DNA from: Psammoneis japonica
Lineage: Eukaryota
Direction of reading: 5' to 3'
Assembly: GCA_008632985.1 (NCBI GenBank)
Contig: QPGO01000052.1
Coordinates: forward strand, 372,001-436,000
DNA: 64,000 bases
Shown one piece after another: positions 12,097 through 23,257 of the stretch. Position numbers and translations under genes: made by a program. How positions within the stretch are numbered: the first letter of the stretch is position 1; every line of letters starts with the position of its first letter. The notes under the pieces are model-generated. The model had not been told where the DNA came from and searched no databases. It saw only the letters and a list, made by a program, of their open reading frames with translations.

Positions 12097-13857
12097 ATGA
12101 AATGGGAGCCGCTAACAAGACGGAAGAATATACGGCTGGAACAGGCTATCAGCAGCAGAAGATTTGTTGGGATTCTTGCTTTTCTAATGTGCTTTTCTCG
12201 GAGCGTCTCCGCGTTTCAGCCCCCCAGAGTTTGGAGGTCGACAAGATCTCGTACGACTCGGTGTGTTAAATTGAATGTACATGATCTGGAAAGCAGACAA
12301 GAAGAAAAGATCGTCGGCCGCACGCGTGTTGAAGTAGAGAAAGAGTCGTCTTTGGATGACAGGATATACTCAGAAAACACCATTCTACCTGCTCAATCCA
12401 TTGGAACAACCATGCCGTCGCCAGGAAACGCTAGTGACGAACAATCGAGTAAAAGAAATACAGAATTGATCATTATGATTATCTTGTGCTGGGGTGTGGC
12501 ATGCCTCTCCGCATTGGATCGTGTCGCAATGTCGGTTGCAATTCTCCCAATGTCACAAGAGTTTGGTTACACGGAAACAGTCAAGGGACAGATCTCGGCT
12601 CTATTCTCGATTGGATATGGTTGTGCCGTTCTGCCTAGTGGTTTGCTAGTTTCGTCTAAAGCATCTTCGCCGCGCCTTGTGTTGGGATGCGGTATTCTCT
12701 TGTGGAGCTTAGCCACGCTTGCAACACCTCTGGTGGCTGCAACCGGCCTTCGCAGCGACGTCATTGCGATTGCCTTCACCATTTCCCCGCTGTTGACTGC
12801 TAGAGCTGTTGTGGGTGCAGCTGAAGCAGTCGTGTTACCATCACTTCAACGCCTCATGTCCAGCTGGATCGACTCAGGTCAAAAGAGCTTGGCTGTAGCG
12901 GGGATCTTTTCTGGGTTCCAGGCAGGTACGGTGGTTGCCTATTTGCTGAGTCCCTTTGTCATTGATCAAATGGGTGGATGGAGAGGCTTGTTTTATTTTT
13001 ATGGATGCATCGGTTTGCTTTGGCTCGTGCCGTGGCTTATTCTCGCAAAAGATTCTCCGGGGACACCGTCAGCTGAACAGAAAGGGGGGAGCAGCGCATC
13101 TAACTTGGTGGCTTTTGGTGCGGAGGAGGAATTCTCCGCTCTGGAGTCTGCGTCTTCACCGCCGCTGCAAGAAGCAGCTGCGAGGCTTTTGAAGTCTGCT
13201 CCGTGGAAAGAATTGCTGTCTTCCAAGAGTTTCTGGGCAATGACTATCGCACATGCAGCAAACAATTGGGGCTTGTACAACAACTTGTCTTGGACCCCAA
13301 CGTTCTACGCTGAAACATATGGGCTCGATGTAAAAGAGTCAGCTTGGTTTTCGATATTGCCCAGTGTCACTGGTGCGGTTGGGGGATTACTAGCAGGCGC
13401 CCTTGCAGATACTGTCATCACGCGAATAGAACACAGAGAAGAGAGCGAAGGAAGAGAATCGTACAACGGAAGCGTTCGGACGAAAACTCGCCGTATCTTT
13501 CAAGGCATTGCGCTTTACGGTCCAGCAGCCATGTTGGCTCTTTTGTCGGCGCACCTTCCTGAAGAACCTTGGGCTGCCCAAACAATCCTTATGGGAATGG
13601 TGGGGTTACAAGCGTTCAATGCGGCAGGCTATGGCGCGGCTAATCAGGAAAAGGCTGGAGAAAAGTGGTCCGGTCTCTTGTACAGCCTTTCAAGTCTTCC
13701 TGGTGTCGCTGTGGGCAGTTTTGGTGTGTTCGTGACGGGGCAGGTGTTGGATGCTACTCATGACTGGACAATCGTGTATGCAATTAATGCTTTTGTCAAC
13801 GTAGTCGGCGCAACCGCATTTGTGACACTCTATGATTCAAAAAAGGAATGGGACTAG
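12097..13857 (+). CDS. MFS anion/phosphate transporter (PHT4/ANTR, SLC17 family), probably plastid-targeted
   Basis: LDRVAMSVAILPM, GWRGLFYFYG, FWAMTIAHAANNWG..LSWTPTFY; about 12 hydrophobic segments; signal + SAF-QP motif. Confidence 0.9.
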   Translation: MKWEPLTRRKNIRLEQAISSRRFVGILAFLMCFSRSVSAFQPPRVWRSTRSRTTRCVKLNVHDLESRQEEKIVGRTRVEVEKESSLDDRIYSENTILPAQSIGTTMPSPGNASDEQSSKRNTELIIMIILCWGVACLSALDRVAMSVAILPMSQEFGYTETVKGQISALFSIGYGCAVLPSGLLVSSKASSPRLVLGCGILLWSLATLATPLVAATGLRSDVIAIAFTISPLLTARAVVGAAEAVVLPSLQRLMSSWIDSGQKSLAVAGIFSGFQAGTVVAYLLSPFVIDQMGGWRGLFYFYGCIGLLWLVPWLILAKDSPGTPSAEQKGGSSASNLVAFGAEEEFSALESASSPPLQEAAARLLKSAPWKELLSSKSFWAMTIAHAANNWGLYNNLSWTPTFYAETYGLDVKESAWFSILPSVTGAVGGLLAGALADTVITRIEHREESEGRESYNGSVRTKTRRIFQGIALYGPAAMLALLSAHLPEEPWAAQTILMGMVGLQAFNAAGYGAANQEKAGEKWSGLLYSLSSLPGVAVGSFGVFVTGQVLDATHDWTIVYAINAFVNVVGATAFVTLYDSKKEWD

Positions 13858-14179
13858 GGAATTCAATCCGTAATTCTAGATTTTGAAAAAAAACAAATCT
13901 ATATGTCTGTGTTTATGGTACCCGTAAGTTACTTTCCGATTCCGCAACAACCCCCCGTGTCTATTCTCTCTCGAAAGTACTCGTTCAGATCAAAATTGCT
14001 TTTGCTCGCGTTGAGGAAGGTTGATGAAGTTACGAGCCGACTTCTCGTCTGTATCAAGACAAATCTTTCCTGTAAAATCAGAAGTGTCAACGCCAGTGTC
14101 ATTCTCCACCAACAAAGAGAAATTTGCAAGATTCTGTTTCGCATCCATCCGCCTTCGACAAGACTTTTATTGATGCCAT

Positions 14180-16220
14180 GGCAAAGGCTTCACTGGCAGC
14201 CCCTGCAATGTGTCCAATGGCTCAATGGCTGCCACCTGGACAGCTTCCATTTGAAGACCCATCCAACCCAGACCATTGTGACCCAAACAGTGAAGAGGTT
14301 GATGGTGAACCATGTTGGGTGAGCAAGACAGATGCAGTCAATCCATGTGACAATCACAGTGACAGCTCCTTCCAGCAAGCCCTGCACCATTCCATCTGCA
14401 ACTCTGTTCTGAGCAAATCTCCCAGCAATGTCCCAGTGCACCCACATCAGTGATGACATCTGTGCCATCACTTTCACATTTGACTGTCCCCTCAGGCATC
14501 CCTTTGTGGAGCCTGGCAAGGATCCATCAAATTTCTCTTCTCAGCCGAATGGTGCTGCATTGCTGACACTTTCAAAGGCTCCCTCAGATGCACCTTTTGT
14601 TGATTTCCTGAGCATGGCTCCTTGGCATTGCGCCATGGACAATTTCCTTCTCTGAGCCCAGCAAAGTGTCGTTGACAAAGGCATCTTCTTTGTGACCTCA
14701 GCAAAGGTGACATGTCTTTGACAAAACCCTTGGAAATGCCTTCTGTCACCACAACCACAGCTCTTTCTGCAGCAGGCCCAATGCAGTGCCATCAGTGGCC
14801 CCTTCAATGATGCCAACCTTTGACCCATCAAAAAACCAAGGGTGGACCCAGCACCCAGCAATGAGCCACCTGGAGCACCACAAAATGAAACCTCAGTCAA
14901 GTCCAGTGGCATTTTTTCGAGTTTGCCATCACTTTTTCCAAGGGGAGAATCTCTCAGCACTGTCCCCAATGCAGCTCCATTGATGACACCGTGTCACATG
15001 CCCAGTTTTGCATTTTGCACTCTCCACTCTCTGCAGCTCCTTTGTTGACTCCAAACAATGAGCTGACAAGCAAGCCAAGCACTGTGCTCCATCACATGAG
15101 CCATTTGTTGTTTCAAATGAGTGATCTCCAAGTGATGTCCCAACCAACAGACTAGCTGCCAGGGAGCTCAGCACACTGTTCATTCATTGGTGCCATGAAA
15201 AGCACCTGGCAGCATGCCACCTGTTTCAAAGTGGGAAAATCAGCTGACCTTCCAAGTGCAGCATCATCAAAAGAGACTTCTTTTGCTCTGCCCATGCTGC
15301 CTTCCACCAGTCTCAGTTGCCACCCATCAAAATCCCCTTTGTCATTTGTTTCCACAGTGCACTTGGCAACAAGTTTGCTTGGCAAAGCTCCCTCCACTGT
15401 GTGTGGCATCTTTCTCACTTGCAGCACACAGCCATCAGCGTCACTTTTGGTGTTGCCATTTTCCACAACTTTGAATGAACCAAGTTGGCACCTCAGCACA
15501 CAACTGTTGGCTGCACCTTCAACACCACCATCGTTTGCCCCCAGGAGAAATCCAGCCAACATTTCAAGGATGCTGGCATGCCAAGTGGAGCTCCACCTGG
15601 CAGTTCTGTTAGAAAGGCATCTGCCAAATCCATGCTGTGTGGTTGCAGACCCTTTTTTTGCATCAAGGTCTCCACAAGGGATCATGACTCCTCTGTGTCC
15701 ACCGCTTGCTGCAGCTTCCACACCCAAAGCAACAAGCAGGTGCACATCAAGGGCCAAGTTCTTCCACACAACATCAAAATCAGCTGCAGGGAGCATGTTC
15801 CTGCACCCAAAATTTGTTCGGGATCTTGGCTTCTGTGAGAATGCCACGAGCTGTTGAGAAGGGGCATTTGTTGTCGCTTGACCAGACCGCCCACACATCC
15901 AGTCCATCCAACACAGTGTTTGGCTTTCTTCCTTGTGTGCACCAAGAAGCAGCACATGTCGTCCACATCAACAACAAGGGTGCAACTGCCATTGGCAGAT
16001 GCCTGATTGGCTTGCAGCGCTGAGGAAGTTTTCACAAACAATGGGTCGCATGCACGCCATTCCCAAGAAAGGGGCTGCTGCGACATGCTGCCAGCATTGC
16101 AGGAACAAAAAACTCGCCCTCGATGCTGCCGCAACTGCAGACACATTGAAAGAACACCTCATAAAACAAAAAATGATGCAAAAGGTGTTCAAAGCGTGCA
16201 TCACCACTCACCACCCTCTT
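14180..16220. repeat. TpA/CpG-depleted degenerate block 2 containing decayed coding-like sequence (PSxxPS-like repeats)
   Basis: Very few TpA between 14.2 and 16.2 kb; fragments such as SKAPSDAP, PSVAPSMMP, PAPSNEPP in shifting frames. Confidence 0.6.
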
Positions 16221-16398
16221 GAGCTGCATTGCAGAAAAGTCGGTGCCTCGGAAAACAGACCTGGGACGAAACATACAAAACCTTCATAAATAACTATTAT
16301 TTCTTTTTTCAATCAACGAAGACATTCTTACGTCATGTGCGATTTTTATTGGAATTTTCAAAGATGCCGGCTCGGCTCGCGATCCAAAAACCAATGCC

Positions 16399-17346
16399 AT
16401 GATAGCAGCAACAAAGACAATGAGGAGCTTTGCTTCTATACTGCTGTTGACATGCTTCGTCTCCGCATGCACTGCACGATACGCGTGTGATGGATTGTCA
16501 ACGAAAAGGCTGCCATCAGTGTCGACGTTTTCTCGCAAAGAGCGAAACGTCTCTCCTATCCCAGCATCGTCATTAAAAAATGAGTTCCGCATCAGAGGTG
16601 GGGCGGCATTATCCAGTGTCGAATCCGATTTGGTGGACGATGCCTTTGAATGGGTTGCAAATTTGGGTGCTCCGGCAGCCCTCGTTGCGGGCGCCGTCTT
16701 TGCGAGCTTGCTAGACAGTCGTGACAACATGGGACCCAACTCGGACGATACTCGATTCATTCGCATCTCGAAAAAGGTGACTCGCATGCTCATGCTGAGC
16801 AGCTTTGCCTTGGAAATCATCTCCATTTTCGTCACGACCGTGACTGGAACAATGTTGTTGAGTCATGGCGATCGTCCTGCGGGCAGTTCCGCCGGACAGT
16901 CCTACTACAGCCCCATGGGTTTTATGCATCACAATTTGGAATTTGAGTATCTCACCTCCCGCATTACCTTTTTGCAAGGTCTCCTTAATTGGCTAGCTGC
17001 GGTCGCATTGGAAAACGTGATTCCAAAGTCCGGTGAAGGCCTCGAGGCGAGGCGAATGAACCTTTTTATCAGCTCGGCTCTATTGACAATTGTGTTTGCC
17101 ATGGTTTCGTTTTACAACCATCACACCACCTTTTATGCCAATTACTTTGATATGCTACGCGTCTATACAAAAGTTGCTTTAAAACGTTTCATCTGGAAGT
17201 GGCCACCCAGGCCCATGGCGTATTTGTATCTTCCGTTTGCTGCCTTGACGTGCGTATTGGGGTATAAAGCTTTGCTGACCGAGCCAGAAGTACAAGCCGA
17301 GAAAGCTGTGACGTATTATGGCAGGTTTCGTAGAATCCGTCAATAG
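16399..17346 (+). CDS. Hypothetical multi-pass membrane protein with signal peptide and RGG motif
   Basis: 315-aa intact ORF with normal Tyr content; N-terminal signal, IRGGA, NLGAPAALVAGAV, EFEYLTSRITFLQGLLNWL. Confidence 0.75.
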   Translation: MIAATKTMRSFASILLLTCFVSACTARYACDGLSTKRLPSVSTFSRKERNVSPIPASSLKNEFRIRGGAALSSVESDLVDDAFEWVANLGAPAALVAGAVFASLLDSRDNMGPNSDDTRFIRISKKVTRMLMLSSFALEIISIFVTTVTGTMLLSHGDRPAGSSAGQSYYSPMGFMHHNLEFEYLTSRITFLQGLLNWLAAVALENVIPKSGEGLEARRMNLFISSALLTIVFAMVSFYNHHTTFYANYFDMLRVYTKVALKRFIWKWPPRPMAYLYLPFAALTCVLGYKALLTEPEVQAEKAVTYYGRFRRIRQ

Positions 17347-17588
17347 AGAAACCCTTTCAGACTCATTCGACGTCCCCACACACCAATCTATTGCTGGACT
17401 AAGCAGACATCTCCGATAAGGCAAAAAGAGAGTTCCATTGTCTTATAATCTAGCTATGAAATCGAACGTTACGAAGCTTAGTTATTGGTGCTGTATCATA
17501 GCTGTACTCTCTAGTAGTAGGTCTTTATAAACACCTGGTATGGCATTTGTACAAAGTTTTCGCGTGGCCATAGGAACACACGCTACTA

Positions 17589-18240
17589 TCATCGGAAATC
17601 CTTGTTAGCATTGTAATTCCTCTCTAGTTGTAGTTGGGCAATCATGAGCTTGGCCACGTAGTCGACATCGGAGCCGTTAGTTGCCTCAATTCCGAATCCA
17701 AGAGTCGCAGTCGCACTGTGCGCTTCTGTGGAACCGTCTATGGGACCGTCGACCATACGAGTTGTCACTTTCTTCTGTAGGGCGGCCGTTGCCTCGGAGT
17801 CCCATTCATCTGCTGATTGATGCAATTTATGCAGCACGGATGATAGCGATGTTTGACGCTTTTCTGGGTTCCCGCCGTGTTCTTTCTTCCTCCAGGCTGT
17901 GATGCTGCAAGCCTGTCAAGAGCCCTTGAACGCCCTGGATTTGCAAACAGGACGTACCTTGTCTTAGGAGAGTAGAGGATGAGGGATAACAGAAGACTCT
18001 GTTTCTGGAAGCATCTTAGCAATTGTTCTACTTGGACTTTCTTTTTCGCCGGATTCGAAGAAGGGCAGTCGGCTTTGAGGTGTTGATTTAATGTCTCGGC
18101 AAGATTGGTAGAGTCTGACTTGCCGTCAATGGCATTGGTGGTGACTGTGGAATGAAACTGAGTGCTTGAGGGGGGAGAATGGCTTACGAGTCACATTGTC
18201 GCTTCTCGTATTCTTTCGCATCACGCCTCGCAATCTGCAT
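17589..18240 (-). CDS. Small hypothetical spliced protein (about 3 exons)
   Basis: Protein-like ORF pieces (LKADCPSSNPAKKKVQVEQLL; TRMVDGPIDG..VAKLMIAQL) separated by GTAAG/GTACG...AG intron-like segments. Confidence 0.4.
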
Positions 18241-18502
18241 GATACTTAAAACAAGGAAAATAGCTTGATAATGACCGAGAAGAAATGACGAACAGCGGAA
18301 AGAACAGGCCTGGAAGACTAAAAGCAGTAGCCATGACAGCAATTACATCATGAATTTACTGATGACTTCCCTACCAACCGCTGCGACATTTCCACAGGAC
18401 AAACCAATCCCTCACTCTCTTGTGTACGGGGCAAAGTAATGTCGGAATCAAACATGAAGTAATTTATGGATCGAACCTCTCTACGGCTTGTCAGTCACTG
18501 CA

Positions 18503-19414
18503 CTACTGCTTGTCCATTTCTCGCATAAAGATGCTGACTGTGATTGGCACGGAACAGCAACGGAAGAAAAAGAATGAGACTAGAAGTAGAAAAGAAACTC
18601 CGTACCAGTCGGACACCAAAGAGAGCACGCTTTTTTGGGTTGCGAATCTCCAAATTTCTTCGGCGGAGGATAAAACTCACCTGCATCCATAGTAATGAGC
18701 ATACCAGCGTAGGGTAAGGATGGACGAAGCGCCGGCCGAGACGTCATTATCCCCATGGACGCCAATCCGGCTAAACCAATCTCGGCTGGAGTGCCCGGAT
18801 CCATCGTAACACGTAATCCATATTTGAGCTATTCCAAAGAAAAAAGCATCGAATGAGACAGATTGTATTTTGAATAAGAGGAAATGCGTATCAGTATGTT
18901 TGTAATGCAAAAGAGGATCGCACGCGTTCCGATGCTTCTTTCCGTTTCCAGAACAAACCATATGCCTAATACCACTTTGTGCAGAACTCACAACATGATA
19001 TCCACCAAAAAAGCCACCAAACAAGCTTGCGGATCGCGTTGTACCCTGCAAAATGTACTTGCTCTTTGCCGAATTGGACGCCAGTTTCAACACCTCTGAT
19101 TCTCCTGCTGTTCTCATACCGTCCATAAAACCAAACACCGACCCCGTAATGGTACCAATACATGCACCAAAGGCTGCCATTTTGAACAATTCAGAAGTCT
19201 CGAACGGAGGCTTTATTGATTTTTTGTTGCTCGTGTCTTGTAAAGGACTTGCTGTTTGTGCTGCTTCCAATTCCTCCAATTCTGTCTCAGCTTCTTCGTA
19301 TGCTGCCGCGGTCAAACTCCGATTCAGCATTTCCTTTTGATGGTCAATGTCATCTCCGTCAATTTCAGAAACATGCGACCATGGAATTGATCGAGCTCGA
19401 TCCCAAGCTGACAT
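18503..19414 (-). CDS. Tim17/Tim22/Tim23-superfamily (Mgr2/Romo1-like) membrane protein, 3 exons
   Basis: Glycine-zipper helices GACIGTITGSVFGFMDG and SLFGGFFGGYH; exon 2 LKYGLRVTMDPG..PYAGMLITMDA; exon 3 VSIFMREMDKQ-stop. Confidence 0.7.
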
Positions 19415-22008
19415 GATATAACGTACTTTACCGGTAGCTGCAGTGTGCAGTGTTAGATTATGTTGGTGGATGCTTTGTGCCGTGTGCCGTTCGCAAAAGG
19501 AATCTTGATGTTGGACGTGTCGCTGCGGGCGGACGGGTACTGTGTGGGCTCATTACATTGTCTACGCAGGGCCTACAGTAAGTACGGTACCAGCACTGTA
19601 CAGTGCAGTCAAGATAAAAATTTTGATTTTTGATTTCACTTTTGTCATTCTCAGAGAGAAGGATGTCCACATTGTTCTTGGGCTTCGCGGTTTGTCTGCA
19701 CCAAAGACTTTGAACAATGGCGTCGATGGCTCAATGAGTTGTTTTGTCAAACTCAGAGGAAACCACCGATTTGATGGTGGTCAAGTGTGGGGTGAGATTC
19801 TTTCACACTTTCGAACAATGCAAGGGGGCTGACAAAAGGGTCGTTGCATCTGGGCCTGGCGAGACACTGGGCTGGGCCAAAGGAAAGCCACATCCTCAGC
19901 AAAACAGCTCACAAAAACCATTGCCACCAATCTTGGTTGGAATGCTGTCAATGGCGGCATTGTCAAGAAGGTGTTGGAGGGAACACACTCAAACTCTCTT
20001 GCACAACCACCTCCACCAATGCCGTTGCGGTCTGTGCAAACAATCTCAAGTGGAAAAAAGCAGAGTTTGCCAGCAGGTGCAAGCGCGTGGAATTTGAAAA
20101 GATGAGCTGTCCAAGAACGTTTTTGTTTGCAGCCTGTCCACAAGCTCATGTCAAGCAAATCAAGGCATGTGGGCCCTCTTTTCAAGGTCTGCCATGACTG
20201 CCCCTCTGATGATGAGCCTCAATGAGGACGTGTGGAGAAAAAAAGGCCAGCAGCACTGTTGGCTTTTTTGAGGGAGTCAAGCTGAAGGAATGAGGTGTTT
20301 CTTTGGACAATTTAGGGACAATGAGGGTTGGCAGTCATTGGGCGAGGTCAGCCTGTGGTCAGCCCCAAACCCTGACTTTGTCTTGCCTGTCTGTCTCTGG
20401 TCCGGTTGGGGGTCAGGGCAGGGAGGGGGAGATGCAGATGGATTGATGGGGGCTGATTGCTGTCAATGAATGGTTTTCTCACCAGAAATCATGCGTTCAC
20501 ATCAAGCTCCAACAAACTGCATCTTTGGCAGTCAGCCACTTTCATTTGTGACCCAGGTTTTGTAAAATTTCCACAGGCTCTGGTGGTGTGTTCCTGCAAC
20601 CTTGTGCAGGTCCAGCATGCTGCATCAAAAGCCTCATTCAGTTTGTTTTTCTCATGTTCATTTGTTTTATTTTGCATCTTGATGATGGGAAAAGAAACAA
20701 AATGAACAGCCAAAAAGGCAGGGCACTTCAGAGCCAGAAGACCAAGAGAGCCAAATTGAGTGTGAAGCAAAGAATCAGGCCAAAAGGAACATGCCACCAC
20801 CAGTGGCAGGCTCAAAAGAATTCCACATCTCTGCCATCATTTTCGTGACAGCAGCAAATGTTGGGTTGGACATGAGAACACTGTTGTGGCAACTTCCGGC
20901 AAGAAACCAAAATGTGAAATTGACACTCGTGCCTCCATCAATTTGGTTGAGAGGATGAAGAAATCACCAGAACTGAGCTTGATGAGAAAGACTTGTGGAT
21001 GCTGCAGAGTTCTTTCATCATGTTCCTCACAACATCAACTCAGACTGGTGGCATGTCACTTGCCAGGCCAATTTTGAGTGCTCTGTCCTCTTGCTTTGTT
21101 CAGAGAGTGAAAAGCATGCACAGTTTCTGGGCCATGCCAGCAATCCAGAGCAGTGCAAGACCAACTTGAAAAAATCCTTGCTCCTGTGAATCTGCTGGTG
21201 CACAGCTGCATCAGGCACATGTCAAGCAAGAACATGATGGTCACAAGAACAAGTGCAACTTGGTTCAAGGAACCCATCCATTGAGCCATGTCTGGGGCTC
21301 TCATTTGATTTGGTCATGGTCCATTCAAAAAGAATTCTGACACCAAGAAGCTGATGAAAGACTTAAAATGGAAATTGGTTCCAGCCCTGGCAAGGGTCAT
21401 TGAGCTTGAGAAAGACCTGCCAAGGCTTTTTTGATGCTTGGTTTGGGTCCAAGATCTTTGGAAATTGCAGTGCTTGTGCTCAGGTTTGAGCCTGCTTTTT
21501 GTTGGCAACAGGTTTGATTGCATGCTCATCAGATGTCACTCACTTCTGTCCTCATTTTGAGAACTTGGAGTGGCCTGCAGAGTCAAGGGACTGTCTCAAG
21601 GATGGGCTCCCAGTGTCTGTCATTGCAAGATTGATGGATTGGAAATCTTGGAAAGAGTGGCCTGAGCTTCTGTGTCTGGTGCATGTGCAAGGTGCAACTC
21701 CAAGCCAACACCAAAGATTTACAGTTTTGACTGCCCTGTCCATTGACTGATGAAACATTGGGAGCTTTGTGGTCACAAGCTGGGTCCGGTTGTGAGTGAG
21801 GTCAGAGGTCTTCAACATTTGTGAGACAGTTGAAGAAGTTGTTCAATGCTGGTCTTGGTGTGTGCTCCAGCCACTCCATGAGAAGATCTGCAGCACAGCA
21901 GGCTTGTTGTTGTGGTGCCAACATTGTCACAATTTGAGTTTTTGGCAGGTGACCCAGTTTGAAAAATCTGTTTCTGTGCATGTGCAAAGGTGAGAGGATT
22001 GGGCAAGA

Positions 22009-22284
22009 TGACAGGATTTGAACAGGATTTGGATGCGCGCGAAGCATCGCGCGCTGTTTAGTTTACCGCGCACAGTTTTGTGTGCTTTAGTTCCGCGCGT
22101 TCGCGCGCGATGTAGTTTGCTTTCGAGCCACAAGGCTCACAAGAATAATAACAGTAGCCCGATTATACCGACTTACACGTCTTTCGGCTCCTGTAACGGT
22201 CTCTGAGCAGAGACTCATCTGCTATTTAGACAGCAGTAAGGAGTTATTGTTTGAATTCTTGCCATTTGCCTTCATTTTCTGTCA
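22009..22284 (+). repeat. 5' LTR
   Basis: Aligns without gaps to 28876-29151; 10 mismatched positions, all transitions. Confidence 0.97.
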
Positions 22285-22301
22285 GATTAACAGTCTTGCT
22301 C
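22285..22301 (+). other. Putative primer-binding site complementary to a tRNA-Asn(GTT) anticodon arm
   Basis: GATTAACAGTCTTGCTC; reverse complement GAGCAAGA-CT-GTT-AA-TC reads as anticodon stem, loop and 2 nt. Confidence 0.6.
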
Positions 22302-23257
22302 ATTGTCAACCCATTGAGCAACCGCCATCGTCGTCGTTGATTTACCAACGACGCTATTTCAATTCTACGTGGACCTCCGTATATATTCTACATACATCGG
22401 CAAGTCTACGCGCATCCAATACCAGGGCATCGGCAGGAAGTTAACGTCACCGTCAAGTCTCCTTACCGCTGGATATCTGGATTGATTATACTACCTTTGG
22501 TCGCTGAAGACTTATATTCAACGGTCATATCCAAGTCTATCCTTGATCCTCATCCCTTGATATACCTATTCATCGGTTAACGGTCAAGAACCCTACATAT
22601 TCAAGGATCTTCGTCGCTGAAGACATGTGTATATATACATATCTTCACGGCCAAGAACCTGTACCCACTCTTCGGACTGCGGTTTTGCTGCCACTCTACA
22701 GGCACACCGAGTCCATTGTACCTGATCTACCCCGGACTGCTGGTGCTCTACAGTTCTACTAGGTCCACGAGGACGACTGTGAGAGCAAGCAGCCGTGATT
22801 GCAGCCTGCGTTGGGGCGAGGGTGCTTTCCCGCGTTTGTTCGTTCGTCCACAGCGCCTGACGCCTGCGTCAACTGGCCAGCCTGATCGGGAAATCCAACC
22901 GACATAAAATAAGAACGGTTCGGGGGTCTTGTCCACCTCCAGTCAGCTTGCCTGCAGGGGTTTACAACCCGCTGCTCCGCTCGCAAGCAACCCAAAGCGC
23001 CACCAGCTGCGGGTTCGGACGTGCCGGCACAACTCTACGGACCGGACAGGAAGTTTAGCACTTGACAACGAACGGGACAACAAAGCCCGGCGACTTCTGA
23101 TTTTTTTAAGACAGTTCAAGATTTCAAGTCAAGTCCATTTCAAGTCAAGTCCATTCTCACCCAAGTTTCAAGTCTGCCTTCGTTTTTCGAGTCCACCTTC
23201 GAGTCTGCCTTCGCTTCCCAATCAGAATTGATTGTCCTGACACCACTTTTGTCTGCC

